A stretch of 63,373 bases of DNA, counting the filler, from Choristocarpus tenellus KU-1152 (lineage: Eukaryota > Protista > Phaeophyceae): the NCBI GenBank assembly GCA_964200185.2. It is 6 parts of 6 records of this genome, joined end to end, with 100 filler letters (N's around TTAATTAATTAA, not from the genome) between each part and the next. Parts side by side here need not be neighbours in the genome. Positions count along the whole stretch, not along the records: positions 6,876 to 21,896 come from CAXNAD020001074.1; positions 21,997 to 29,864 come from CAXNAD020005468.1; 4 more parts are not named here. One strand, 5' to 3'. The position numbers were made by a program, and so were the translations under genes. Below, piece after piece: positions 13,201 to 25,940 of the stretch; within the stretch, counting starts at the first letter, position 1, and the number at the start of each line of letters is the position of its first letter. The notes under the pieces were generated by a model that was not told the origin of the DNA, ran no database searches, and worked only from the letters and a program-made list of their open reading frames with translations.

Positions 13201-15223
13201 GTTCCCTCTCGCCCTTCAACCAAATATGCCGAATTTTCTCTTGTTGTCCTCTTGTGTCTGACCAGGTCTCCGAGGGATGCACCATCAGCGTCACTTTCTT
13301 TCAGGTAGTCCATCGCCAAGAAGGCAGAGATTCTCAAGAGGTACCTCACAGACCAGGAGTGCTTATTCAGCCAATCCATCTTCCCCCCCTGACAGCTCAG
13401 GGGAAATGTTCTCAACGGTAAGAGTAATATTATCCTCCGAGTGTTGGAGAAGAGTGTAAGCACTGAAATGAAGCCATTGTTGAATATAGTTGCTGTCTCA
13501 GGTACATCATGTGTTGTTTCACCCTCCCTTTTTCTCCAATATCATACAGCGTTAGGAGGATTCATTTCTAACAACGGGTCTTGTGATGCTCAGCTACACC
13601 TGAATGGCATAACCCCATTGACACTTAAATCTGTAGAAGCGGCACGAGGTGGCACGACTACACATACTACCTTCAAGTGGGAGTAGTTGTTGGAGGATAT
13701 CTTCCTTCAATCTCGCGTCTTTATTTCCCATAGTATCCTAGAGGGAGGGTCGGCCGTCCATTCAGGGCCTGTAGGAATCTGTAGCGATTTCATGTCATAT
13801 GAGTGAACGCAACAGATGTAAGAGCAATTTCCTTGATTGAAACGCACCTTCCTTTATCCATCCCCTTGCCTGGATCAAATCCGATGGGAAATCACCCACA
13901 AAATATGCATCAGATTGGGTTATCTTACAACACCCCACCAAGGCCCAAATTAATCACTTGGGCTAAACAATGCCCCCTCTAGGATACTATGGACCTCTAC
14001 CTGCCTTTTTCATTGCCCACCTTTCACTGACTCAGCAATGATCTACAAGCTCCAAAATATTGACAAATATAGACCTATATCAAGATTGGCGAGATGAGAG
14101 GTATAGTGTAGGGAGCATATTTTCACCAATGGAAGAGCCTATATTTTTCACTCAACCAACAGGATATACTCATGCAGTGTTGTCATCTACCCCCTCAACC
14201 TTGGCATCACGCAGATATTAAGAAAGTACACGCTAAATTAATCAATACTTCATCTATGTACTTTGGAGTAATCTTTCCCTCAAGCTGCCGATGTTTCAGT
14301 ATTACGGTGAACAACTTGAATGGTATTGATTAGTGCACAATGAGAGCTTGCACTAATGAAGTGACAGAATGTTCAAGAGTGTAATGAAGACAATTTAAAT
14401 GCTCAAAATGATCCATCACATTAACTCACATTCTCTTTCACGAACTAATAATGCCTATGAGATAGCTGGGGGTGATTGGACGCACACTCTTTTTCAAGGT
14501 AGTGGCATGTTATGCACTCACTGAAGGGGAAACAGAGGTTTGAAGGCAGGGGGCCATTTTCCACCTTTGCCAGTTGAGGTTCATATGCTGTACTATCAGA
14601 TCGGTTCATTTCATCCTGCAGCTAACTAGGTTATATTTCAAAGAGTACCTCAAAGACAACCTAATCCTAACCCAAGTAAGTTGTCTTTCTAATACGAAGC
14701 ACTGGAACAGGCGGTGCACAACCAAAGTGGGGGGCATAGCCAGGAGTAGTCGAGCTTTACACAGACACCAAATGTGGCAACATGTTTCATATTCTATTCC
14801 ACACATTACTGCTTTCCTTCATAAGGATATTGTTGTATTCACAGACTGCTCGCTTTACCTTCCACTCCAACCTTGCATCTTTCTTGCCCCTCACATATGT
14901 GTGTCAAGCAGGGGGTGGTTGACATGAGGAAGGAGACGGATATGATTAAACCGCATCATTATTCCATGACATTGGCTCCACCTAGCCCCACCTCTCCAGC
15001 CCAAACGTCAGGACTTGAACACTCCACAGATATGGATATTTCCGAGAGACAGGGTGAAGGTAGAGAGAGTGTGTGTGGTGTGGGGGGATTGAAACAAGTC
15101 AGTGTCGACTCTAACTCTGACTCTGACCCTGAAATAATGAACCTTCCATTGGAAGGGTTGAATTTCTCTATTACCCCCTTGCCATTGTCCAGAGCAGGTT
15201 CTTTTAGTATGCCTTGGAAATAG
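7246..15223 (+). CDS. Membrane-associated class III adenylate/guanylate cyclase, 5'-partial, 9 exons
   Basis: GT-AG exons splice in frame: 7246-7374, 7779-8072, 8474-8622, 10681-10753, 11022-11156, 11679-11757, 12275-12382, 13305-13417, 14912-15223 (TAG). TM helix, then ELLKNMFP, VTIMFSDLKGYT, VYKLDTIGDAF, MRIGLHTGPAIGGVIGRKKPRYLCWG, PTYFI, then a Ser/Pro-rich tail. The last four exons are less certain. Confidence 0.9.
9064..9319 (+). mobile_element. MITE family A copy (intronic)
   Basis: GAGTCAAAGCATCTGAGAGGGTA ... TACCCTCTGAGATACTTTCACCG, flanked by TCAA/TCAA. Confidence 0.92.
10023..10282 (+). mobile_element. MITE family A copy (intronic)
   Basis: GAGCCAATGTATCTTAGAGGGTA ... TACCCTCTAAGATACTTTTACTC, flanked by TTA/TTA. 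Confidence 0.92.
12473..12702 (+). mobile_element. MITE family A copy with internal deletion and clipped right end
   Basis: Starts GAGTCAAATTATCTTAGAGGGTA; ends GTACCCTCTAAGATA. Confidence 0.88.
12744..13000 (-). mobile_element. MITE family A copy (intronic)
   Basis: GAGTGAAAGTATCTTAGAGGGTA ... TACCCTCTAAGATATTTTGACTC, TSD TTGT/TTGT. Confidence 0.93.
13728..13992. mobile_element. MITE family B (terminal motif related to family A)
   Basis: Perfect 18-bp TIR CCATAGTATCCTAGAGGG / CCCTCTAGGATACTATGG enclosing 265 bp; the interior does not match family A. Confidence 0.8.
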
Positions 15224-15819
15224 TTTTGTTTCATTTTCCCTGGTATCTCTCTTCATTCCACATCTTAACTTTATTGTAGCACCCGTTCCAGAGAAGGAAT
15301 GTAAAATATTGTGTATGTTTGATGTGAGTAGTTTTGTTCGTGACAGACCAGTACTTGTCACTGTTTAGATACAGGGAGTCCTTTCATATATATAGGTACA
15401 ACTTCAATGCCTGAAGCCCTCTTTGCTTGGGTCAAAAAGAGTTTGTGAATATTATCTTTCACACAAACAATACAAGCATGTGCTATGTGTGGAGAATTAG
15501 GACCACATGGAAACATAATTCTCAACCAAAAGATTGCTTGAAATGAATCCACTAAACACATCAGGAGGGGAAGAGTATCTCCATTGCATATAGTATATAT
15601 CGATAAAGAGACACCAGCATCTCCCGTCCTCTCAGCAGAAAACTGAAAATAAATGATGAGCATAGTCAAAATGATGTGAACGCCCTGCCACTATCCTGAA
15701 AACAATGAGCAGAGAAAACATTCAACAACAGACGACACTATTGCAAGCACATCTATCTCTGGATTTAGGTGGAGTGAGCCTTCGAAATGACTGCATGCAG
15801 GTACCACTAGGAGCAAAGA

Positions 15820-16076
15820 GAGTCGAAGTACCTTAGAGAGTAGAGCTGCATCCATTTGGGGTCAAAACCCAATGTTGCAAGTTTGATGTAATTTTGGCTA
15901 TCGTGTTTGTTGGAGATGTCATTATCCTTGTTCCGGACACACCTTTTCACAACATACACATTTTACCTACTCCAAAATATTTTGGAGTAGGTAAAATGTC
16001 ATTAAAAACCTGTGGGAAGCAAAGTCCCAAATGGACAAACGGGGCAAAACTGGTACCCCCTAAGATACTTTCACTC
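15820..16076 (+). mobile_element. MITE family A copy
   Basis: GAGTCGAAGTACCTTAGAGAGTA ... TACCCCCTAAGATACTTTCACTC, TSD AAGA/AAGA; perfect 42-bp internal palindrome 15958-15999. Confidence 0.93.
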
Positions 16077-19000
16077 AAGATGCCATTGAAAGCTCTCCTC
16101 CCTCCTTATGTACACCCCTGAGATTCATGGTCAATGAAGGTAAAGTACTTCAATATACTGAGTAGACTCTGCTCTGGAAAGTAGACACCACCCTGTCTAG
16201 GTCCCTAATATAGACTGAATACTCTCCTGAGATAATGCAAACCCATCTTCTGCGTATCCTAAAGTAGTTCCTTCTCAGGTCTCTACTCAAATACCTACGT
16301 AAAACACATCATCTTCCGTGCTGTCATTACAACTTATCACATCAAGACAAAAGGTATATATATATATATATATATATTTAGTGTTATGAACTATGAGGCA
16401 GGTCTTCTACGTGGCAATCTTACCTAGGATCAAGAATGAAGCAACTTGATTTTAACAATCAGCAACAACGTTACTGCTTTGGTTAATGATGTGCAGTTCA
16501 AGGAAAAAATGGTTGACCTACTTTGACTTTAGAGTATCATCTACTGGACAGTACTTGATGCAGCGTGTGGTGCTCTGGATTAGGGCAATATGTAAAACCG
16601 TCACTGTTGTAGGTGCACGTTGGGGGTTAAATCTTGTTGCGGTCCTAGGGTACAAGAAAATTGATGGCATACTTACTAAATGGAAGAAAAAATGCTAGCA
16701 CATGTGACTTTGGGTTGCTGGTACCAAAAGAGGCGGAAATTCACCAAAATAGTAGCAGGATGCTAAGTCTATTGCTTCAAATCAAAGCACACCTACCTGA
16801 CCTGTTGATATGTACTGAGTACAGTGCAAAAGATTCAAACCAACTGAGAGGTAGCCAGGTGTGGACCCTTTTGCATTTTAAGCCACATTGCAATACACTC
16901 TATTTCATTCCTTTATGTGTATAATAGGGTAAGCAAAATTGATATTTCCCCCTTTCCCAAACAAAGTAACACCAAATTTTAGCAAAGGCTCTCTCTGCGC
17001 TTGTACAAGATAGTGTATTATTTCCCTTTCTCGGGATCATTAAAATGCAACCCTGCCTACCTTCCAATTGATTTGGTTCAAGGGTACCTAAAAGTGTGCT
17101 TAACCCTTACCCAGAAACTAATTTTCCACATACTCTGAAACACTTTTACTCCTATTGCAGTCCTAGTAGTAGTATTTTACCAAGTGTAACAGATTGTCAT
17201 GCTCACTTAAGTATCTCAAGAGCATGCCCTAAAACGCTTTACTTGCATTAGTTTTATCTACACGTAGTATGTTCACTTTTAAAGAAAGTCCAAGTGATGG
17301 AGAGATGAATTCTTATTGAATTGATATGTGGTACCAAGTCTTGTGTTTTCCTATCAGATTATATCACCTACTGTATGGACCACCTCTCCATTTTGACCCG
17401 TGTTAGGGTTCTGCTTGGTGGATTGCTGGCATTGATATGTCCAAAAGGGTCCACTCTTTACGAGGAACCTGATGGTGACCACCCCTTGCTCTGATTCGTC
17501 CTGTGTGAGGATATCGTTTGACCGAGTGTGCACATTATCACTGTTCTTAGTGTATTTCACATGTAGCTAATATGTAAGTCATTATTTTTCTTAATGGTGT
17601 TAATGATGTACTCCATGTAGCACACGAATTTCTGGTGGAGGGGGGGGGAATGATTTCAACAACTCCCTATCCTCAGGATATCTGTAATTGTTCGTTAAAA
17701 GACCCCACACAGAGTACAACAGTGGGAAGCTCACTTCATCCCTCCCCATATCTTCCCACACTATTTGGCTAAGATACGAGCCTGCTTAGACCATCAAACA
17801 ACATCCATGCCGAGCTGACTCGTTGCTCAGCTCCCCTAAATCCCTACAGCCCTGGCTGGCCAGGCCCTCGAAGATAATCTTCTTACCAAACCAGGTCAAG
17901 GCCCCACGTTCAGAGGTGCCCAATTTAATGTGATAAGGCCCAACTAAAATGATACATTCTTTGATTTATTAATGCTGCTGCAATTATACAAACTATGCTA
18001 CCTTACACAAGACATAATGCTATTGAATATGTTCATTTTTGGGAATATATGTACCTATTGCTAGGCATATAAAAAAATGCTTTGATGTAGACAGAGAACT
18101 TGTGACAGAAATGAAAACCGAGAAAGGTAGGTTATTAGAGCTGAGTAGGGTAAACAGATGCATAAATGTTTCATCGACCAACACAACTTTCTCGTGAATT
18201 ATACGATGTAGTAGCTATACTATTACTGCTCCTGCGAGTATTTCTGAAAGCACCCTGTATCCAGGAGGGGAGGTAAACATCCTCTTGGAATTTGTTTGGG
18301 ACCTTTGGGCCTGGAATCTTCCCCAACAAGGTTTGATATTATCATTGGAGCAGCATATATATAAGCACAAAATCTTCGCCCTGCCAATCCTCATCGCGTT
18401 GTTCCTGCCTGACTTGTATACAAAAGGACAGAGGATGTAGAAAAAGAAGCACACAAAATTACACAACACAAAATACACCTACTATTATACCAGTCCACCT
18501 CGGAAAACTCACCACTACCATACACTCCAACCTAGTCTCGTATTGGGTAATGACGTCAAATAGAAGTTGTAATTCATGTTAGTGACCCATGGTTCTTGCT
18601 GTCCTTGGGTTTCATCTTGTTGTGATTGTTTTAAATTGACAACAGGATATTATAAAGAACACTCAGCGCGCGAAAGGTCTTAGTGCGCGCGCGAGCTCTG
18701 AGATGCTCGATGAAATACTTGTTGTCTTACTACTACTATATTGTACTACTATTGTTGTAGGTGCACTAGATAGTAAGAAGTGGTAGAGTTGGAGGAGACA
18801 CACACCATTGAATAAGATACGCACAGGGTGAACTAGGTAGAAGGTGCTTGCATTGCAGCGATTTTTGCAAGGGGTATCCTGAGGTAGGGAAAGAGCGGCG
18901 AGGATAACGTGCTTTATTCAATGTCCAACAATGACGTTGGATCTGTTCAAGCACTCAAAAGTGCTTTGGCGAGTTGCTCTCCAGATACGCAGAGATTGAT

Positions 19001-21788
19001 CCAGCCGCTTCTCTCGCTTCCGGCAGTTCAGCACATGCTTCTGGTCTTCCTCCAAGACACATCCAGGCGAGGTTCAGCATGAATCTGACAAATGAAGAGG
19101 GGAAGCCGATGGGGGGTGCACTATTCTCATGTGCCTTGTTGAGTGGAAATTGGACTGCCCAATCTCGTACACTTACAGAGACGTGGCATTATCAGGGATC
19201 TGAGCTTTAATTGCGTCCTGGAAGCCAAAGCAACTGACTTAGCCCCTGTGCCTGAAGTTGAAGTTTTCACCTTATCCTAACATGAAATCCATTTCCTCGG
19301 CATCACGCGTTAACTGAGCTTCTCCAGTACAGCACCATCTCCACTGAATGACCAACTTTAGATGCAGGAAACCATTCCAAATCTATTGTTGTTGTTTTGC
19401 TTGATGCCAACACATTCGAAATCTCTTGCACCACCTAATAGGTGCACCTACTTGAAGTACGCAGTGTACCCCCCCCAGTTCCCTCATTCGTTCCAGATTG
19501 CCCGTTCACCACCTGTTCAGGCCTTTCGAGAAATGGATTTTGGACCCACAGTGTCAACATCGCTTGCGACAGCTCCGGGATCATCGTCTAGATCCCGAGG
19601 ATGTGGTCGGATTTAGTGCCAAGTGAGTAATTCTTTGCCGTCGCTAAGATTGGCGATGTGTCGATGATGTTGCGTACCCTCTTCCTGATGCACAAGTGAA
19701 GATAGTGGAGTGCCAAAAGTTGTATCTTCTCTTTTGTATGATATATATGCTTTGCAAAGAAAACACACAAGCTGTTCTGTATGGCAATCGTGCAGCTCTG
19801 TGACCTCATTAGTCGTGTCGCACATTTTTGCTCTGGTCATTGTGTAGTTGAATATCTCAAGGCATCATATTTTTAGTTGGATCGTATTGCACCATGCGGG
19901 TATATGACCGGTGTGTTCGAAAGTCTTATATCAATGTCACACCCCGAACAGGTCATATGCACTGTGAAACTGTGGCTGGACCTTAATTTGCTGGACTTCG
20001 TATAGAGTGACGCGGTAGCACAGTTCTGTCTTCACTGGATTTGCACCATGCAACATAATATTGTGCCTCCTCGCCTCTCTTGATTTTGTCCTTACACAAT
20101 GCAAATCAACATAGGCCACCCTTGCTGCTACTATGCATAACACAGTGTAAACATCTTGTTGCCTGGATTTTGCAGTATTTTCACCCTCAATCATACTGGA
20201 CTTGTACCCTCTTATCTTTCATGAAATAAGTTAGGCATTGTTGAAGTTGGCAGTACATTTTTACGCACGAAGCACAACATGTTGTATTCTGGAAGTTGCA
20301 GGGCCTACCATGTCATAAATGCTATAGCTTTTCAGCGAAGCAGTGTGAGATAAGATGCTTATATTGTGGACCGACTGTTCGATGGATTTTTTTATGGGAG
20401 GATGAAACTCTATTACCCCACACCCCCCCTTGTAACCTTTTTGAAATTGATGGAACTCAAGGTATGAGGAGCAAGTGACCTTGGCTGCTCACAGGCGCCT
20501 GCTGGATGAAGAAGAGATCCCTCTTCCTAGGGAAATTCCTGGTGTCAATGGTCTATCCCACACCACCTCACTCATTGATGGCAAGAAAACCAATTATTCT
20601 ACAACACATGTAGAATCTTTGGTGTCTCAGGAAGTGACCGCCAATGGTGCGGATTTGGGAACAACTTGTGCATCCCAGGAAGGGGGTGTACGTGACCTTG
20701 GGTGTGAAGAGGTTGAGGTGGGGGGTTTCGATGAAGGGGCACTGGAGGTACTCATGGTGAGAAACGTGAGACTTAACTTTTGTCATTTACACCTACTGAA
20801 CCGTGGTATATAGAAATGTATCAATCCCCCTACATCTGAGTTTTGTCCACCCCCCCCTAAGTGCTTGTCAGCAAATCATTTCACCCAAGTTCAGGCGTTC
20901 CCCCAATCTCACCCCAGCCACAGTGGACATTTCTATCTGATAGTTGTGATGCATCTGGCTAGGTGACTTGTTTTTGTTCAGTGATTAGGTGAGGTGATTT
21001 GTGTATGAGAAGCAACAACCACTCTCGTGTAAGCAACTCCAGAGCTGTGACACTCAACAATATGTGTGGAGTAGTAGTAATACTATGTACTTTAATACTC
21101 AGGAATATATGTTTTTATTTGTTCTGTATTTTTGTTAGTTTGGTGAACCTTACACGTTGGGGAAGGTCCACCTCATTTTTTTAGGAAATGTATATCATGC
21201 TCATCCTTCATTACATCCCTACCTCCCCCCTGCCCATGTATCCCACCTGAAACTTGCTAACTTCATGCTGATTGACACAACAAAGCTCATTGAGCCACAC
21301 ACCCAGACAATACTAAAACATGTGAATACTATACTATAGTTCCAGAGACTAATGTACAACAATAGTATACAGCAAGGAGTCCTAGGGGAAAAACTAAAGC
21401 CGGTCTTGAGGTATTTATTACAAGAGGTTCGTCTGTCACAGTGGTATTTTTTTTTCTTATTGTGTGCACCACCGTAGTGGCATTCATTGCAGCCCAAACC
21501 TTGGATGGTTTCCTTCCACTAGACAAAGAAAGGGGCAATGCATACAAGTACAATGAGTGGACAGTAACTAAAAATGGATCCGAAATATGTCCTTGATTTG
21601 TTGGTTCCGATGCCGTTGTAGAACCGACTTGATCAACCGACTCAAAATTCTTGGATGGTCATAGTGTCAAAGTTTTGTTTGGATCATCACCCTGCAGAAA
21701 TATCTTAGAGATAGACTGGTGTAGATACCATCTACACTCTCCTGATGTGTTTCAGAGCACCTCATAAGCCTGGTGTTACCCAATTAAA

Positions 21789-21896
21789 GGGTCAAAGTAT
21801 CTGGGGGTGGGGGGTGGTTTGTGAGGAGGCGTCCGTTTCGGTCAAACGACTCTTTTTTTGCTGACATTTCAAATGCGACACGTGCGACCAAATCAC
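21789..21896 (+). mobile_element. MITE family C-like left end, cut by gap
   Basis: GGGTCAAAGTATCTGGGGG...GTCCGTTTCGG...GACCAAATCAC shares the terminal motif and G-run with 25076 and 26660. Confidence 0.65.
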
Positions 21897-21996
21897 NNNN
21901 NNNNNNNNNNNNNNNNNNNNNNNNNNNNNNNNNNNNNNNNTTAATTAATTAANNNNNNNNNNNNNNNNNNNNNNNNNNNNNNNNNNNNNNNNNNNN
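21897..21996. other. Artificial contig linker
   Basis: N44-TTAATTAATTAA-N44. Confidence 0.97.
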
Positions 21997-22145
21997 GTAT
22001 AATTTATACGTTTTTAAAAGGTGTGTCCGAAACATAGATATTGACACTTCCTAACAAACACGATAGCCAAAATTGCATCAAAATCGCAACATTGGAATTT
22101 GGGTCCCAAACGGACGCGGCTCTACCCTCTAAGATACTTTGACTC
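21997..22145 (-). mobile_element. MITE family A copy, partial (gap)
   Basis: Ends CTCTACCCTCTAAGATACTTTGACTC. Confidence 0.9.
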
Positions 22146-22520
22146 TATGATGTGCAACAAAGTGCTGCATTCTAATATCTAGATTGCTGCTGCAGCGTCA
22201 CCCTGGTGGACGACATTTTTTCGAAGAGTTACTACTTTGAAGTAGAGTTGGATGGTTGCAAGAGTTCAGTGAGGGTTCAAATTTAGTGTGAAACATGATG
22301 AAGTGGACAGGCTTATATCCCATCTCTTGTGCGATTTCCATGAACAAGCAGACCGGGACACAGCATGTACCTAGTTCATATGATACCGGAACTTGAAGCG
22401 CAGATTCTCTGTCTACACTCTCCAGTTATTTATACCTCCTAGACCAAATCTTGACCAGCATTACTCAAAATTTTCTTGCGATCTGTTCCATTATGAGTTC
22501 CAACAGAAGATTGAATTGGA

Positions 22521-22777
22521 GAGTGAAAGTATCTTCGAGGGTACGATTTTTGCCCTGTTTGTCCGTTTGGGGCTCGACTTCCCACGGATTTTTATTACAT
22601 TTTACCTACTCTGAAACACTTCGGAGTTGGTAAAACGTATACGTTATGAAGAGGTGCGTCCGAACAAGGATATTGACACTTCTTAACAAGCACGATGGCC
22701 AAAATTACATCAAAATCGCAACATTGGATTTTGGCACCCAAATGGACGCGACTCTACCCTCTAAGATATTTTGACTC
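22521..22777 (-). mobile_element. MITE family A copy
   Basis: GAGTGAAAGTATCTTCGAGGGTA ... TACCCTCTAAGATATTTTGACTC, TSD TGGA/TGGA. Confidence 0.93.
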
Positions 22778-23583
22778 TGGAGAGAGGAAGTATCTCACAA
22801 CCTATTTCGGTAAGCTGTCGCCAGTTAAATGCTATACCTGGTCTCTCCAACAGGCAGGATCAGTGGGGGGATGGTTCGGGCAGACTTTTGACGAATGGAC
22901 CAATTCGATTAATGATCACCAAGGATACTCACGAGTCTATAGTAGCTATGCTTACTGCCATGGACATATGTTCAGTAGGACACAGGAGAGCCACTGGTGC
23001 TGGTAGGAGAGGCAGGGAAAGTATTATCGCACATTTCAAGCTTGGGATTGGAACCACAGCAGGAAGAGCAAAATGACGAAGGGAATAGCAAGAAGCTCTC
23101 AGGTAGAGGGACCGCGTCCTGCAGGGCGAAGGCAAACAAGGTATGAGGTGTTTTAAACATTTTCCCACTCGAAGTGGTGGCTCTCTCCCCCTCTGAACAG
23201 CAAACCTCTCAAGCTGGGGCATATAATCACGAATCCATACCTCTCGTCGGCCACAGTGTGAAGTATTACCCCCCATCCCTACGGTTTGGGCACAACTGAT
23301 GGCAAAGTGCGTCAAAACGCACTTGAATCACACACCACAAACTCTTACCCACCGTCATGGTCTGGCAGTTGCAGGGGGGATCTGAGATCGATAGCTAAGC
23401 AGGTAAAAACACCTTACTGCCACAAGTCTCAAACCCTTACTCACCCCCATGGTCCGGTAGACGTAGTGGTGATAACAATAATGTGAATGAGGTAGGACCA
23501 GGTAGGTTTGGCTCTGGGCAAAAGGTTTGGGATGTACAAAAGATATAAATTACGGTAATATGTAACCTACAGTATTCAGGACC

Positions 23584-24175
23584 GAGTCAAAGTATCTTAG
23601 AGGGTAGAGTCGCGTTCATATGGGGGTCAAAATCCAATGTTGCGATATGATTCAATTTTGGCTATCATGTTTCTTAGGAAGTATCAATATCTATGTTTCG
23701 GACACACCTTTTCATATCGTATACATTTTGCCTACTCCTAAACATTTTGGAGTAGGAAAATGTCATAAAAGAACTGAGTGAAAGTATCTTAGAGGGTACG
23801 AGTTTTGCCCTGTTTGTCTATTTGGGGCTTGACTTTCCTCGAGGTTTATTATGACATTTTCCTACTCTCCAAAATATTTCGGAGTAGGTAAATGTGTATG
23901 TTATAAAAAGGTGTGTCCAGAACAAGGATATATTAACTTCCTAACAAGCACGATAGATAAAATTACATCAAAATTGCAAAATTGGGTTTTGGTCCCCAAA
24001 TGGACGTGACTCTACCCTCTAAGACACTTTGACTCACTCCATGGGAAGCCAAGCCCCAAATGGATGAACAGGGCAAAACTTGTACCCTCTAAGATACTTT
24101 GACTCACTCCATGGGAAGCCAAGCCCCAAATGGATGAACAGGGCAAAACTTGTACCCTCTAAGATACTTTCGCTC
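23584..24175 (+). mobile_element. MITE family A copy interrupted by a nested copy, with duplicated right end
   Basis: Left part 23584-23775; right part repeated at 24036-24105 and 24106-24175; outer flanks ACC/ACC. Confidence 0.9.
23776..24035 (-). mobile_element. MITE family A copy nested in opposite orientation inside another copy
   Basis: Complete GAGTGAAAG...CTTTGACTC element flanked by ACT/ACT. Confidence 0.92.
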
Positions 24176-24439
24176 ACCATGCTTCGTGTCTTATTGGGAT
24201 ATTGATTGACAATTGCATGTGTTTGAGATGTTTTTCTATATCTTGATGGAGTTTTCTAGAGTGTTTTAAGTGTTCAGGATTAGTGGTTCCTTCTGGAAGC
24301 AACAGGTGCTAAACCAAGTCCCACCATCCATGATAATATCACTCTTCCCTTTTCAACCATGTGTCCCGAGTTCCCATATCTGATTACTACTTTGTTTTCT
24401 GTCTCTCCTTCAGTGAGATAGTGTATCCCCACATTGGTG

Positions 24440-25070
24440 GAGCCCGCAACGAAATGCAGTACATGCTACAGTCCCTTCCAGTGCCACCTGCATGGTGTTG
24501 AAGCAGTGCGATCTAGTTCCCTCACAAAGCTGCGGTTGTCACTAGGACTGTCCTGATTAGACAATTCACTGGGCTGGTCCACAACCTCCCGTTGAGTGAA
24601 GCTTTGCGCCACCAACCTTCCCTTGAACAATTCAATGGTCACTTCGGCTGTCCGCTTTTTCTTGAATACAAACTTGGTTCGCTGTGGCAAATCCTCCTTG
24701 TGTTTTTCTTATCCATTCTCCCTTCATCTCCTTCTCAGTCCTTACGATTGTGGTGCGTCATGCCCCGCGAGCGCGTTTGATATAGAAGACGGTTCTTGAT
24801 TGTCTGGAGTAGGTAGTACTCACTCCCTAGACTCAGCAGTCTTGCGCACGCAGCCCTTTGCCGACCACCTGACTCGCCAGGGTGCCTTCCTTGCGAGAGT
24901 CATCAAGGTCTGCCATTTTGGCAACCACCTTGGAAAGAGCAATGCCTTACCCTACCAGGGCTGGTTGCTTGGCTCCTTCTCCCTCAGGAGTTGGAGGCTT
25001 AACTCTAGTCCTCTTACAGGCGAGTGGGGGTTGCGGAGGTGTGCCATCATAGCAAGCTCCTCAAACGTAG
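24440..25070 (-). mobile_element. Ty1/copia pol remnant (start of RT)
   Basis: TKFVFKKKRTAEVTIELFKGRLVAQSFTQREVVD matches the copia KWVFKxKxxxDGxIExFKARLVAxGFTQxxGVD block, preceded by QEPSSISNALAGHDA (EPxxxxEA motif). Outer limits approximate. Confidence 0.85.
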
Positions 25071-25075
25071 CTTCT

Positions 25076-25249
25076 GACCCAAAGTATCTAGGAGGGGGGG
25101 GGGGGGCTAGACCAGGGTTGGACCAAAATCAGGAAAAGTGCATTTACAAGACCCATCCGACGTATGCAACCAAATCACTCAAAAATCGCGACATGAAAAA
25201 ATTGACGCAAAATGGACAGCCGCCACCCCCCTCCCAAATACTTTGAGGC
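25076..25249 (+). mobile_element. MITE family C copy (internally deleted)
   Basis: GACCCAAAGTATCTAGGAGGGG ... CCCCTCCCAAATACTTTGAGGC; interior near-identical to 26790-26917. Confidence 0.85.
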
Positions 25250-25728
25250 TGAAGTAATCTGAGTTTGTGCCCGGGAGAATTCTGGAAGGAATGATGAATG
25301 GGGGAATGGAGTGGAGCTAAGGGTAAAAAGAAAAATAATGAGAAGGTGGACGAAGAGCTTACTACTGGGTGGTTAGGAGGCAAAAGAGGTAGGAGAGGGG
25401 TTAAAAGAAATGGGTGGTAGGTGGAAGCATGAGGTAGGAAGGGATTGGTCAGAACATAAGGAAAACTTGAGGTTGTTGGGACAGGACAAGCACGGCTAGA
25501 GCAAGGCAATCTCAGAGCAATCTTTCCCACCCCCTCACCCTTTCGATTGCTCACAACCGACTGGGATACTGGGGAACAGGGGGGAGGCAGGTCAAGTTTG
25601 GGCGTGGTGTATGTCTTCTAGTTCAAAGGCATGGTATTGAAGTGGATGATGAAGGGGTCTTCTTGGATGATTGTGGAGTGGAAAGTGGGGTTGAGTGGGG
25701 TTGAATGGTAGGGTGGAGTAGAAAGTGG

Positions 25729-25940
25729 TGGTGACTGGAAATCAATCGTGAAGATGTCGCACTAGCTGTTAATCGAATGTGGTTGGTGGCTGAAAATCAG
25801 TGGCGAAGATGTCGCACTGGTTGGTCATCAGATGTGGATGGCGACTGGAAATCAGTGGCGAAGCGGTTTCGCACTGGTTGGTAACACGATAGATTGGTGG
25901 CTGGAAGTAAGTGACGAAGGGGCCGCACTGGTAGGTCACA
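25729..25940. repeat. Degenerate ~55-bp tandem repeat, 4 units
   Basis: Units start at about 25729, 25784, 25839 and 25895, consensus TGGTGRCTGGAAATCAGTGGCGAAGATGTCGCACTGGTTGGT. Confidence 0.8.

Noticed and set aside
18766-21000. Named transposase or integrase remnants (CKHLL, GGHF)
   Set aside because: Probably decayed TE sequence, but the motifs are too fragmentary to assign.
22695-23006. ORFs containing KWTRLYPLRYFDS and similar (also 1742, 15894, 53613, 56883)
   Set aside because: Translations of MITE family A sequence, not genes.
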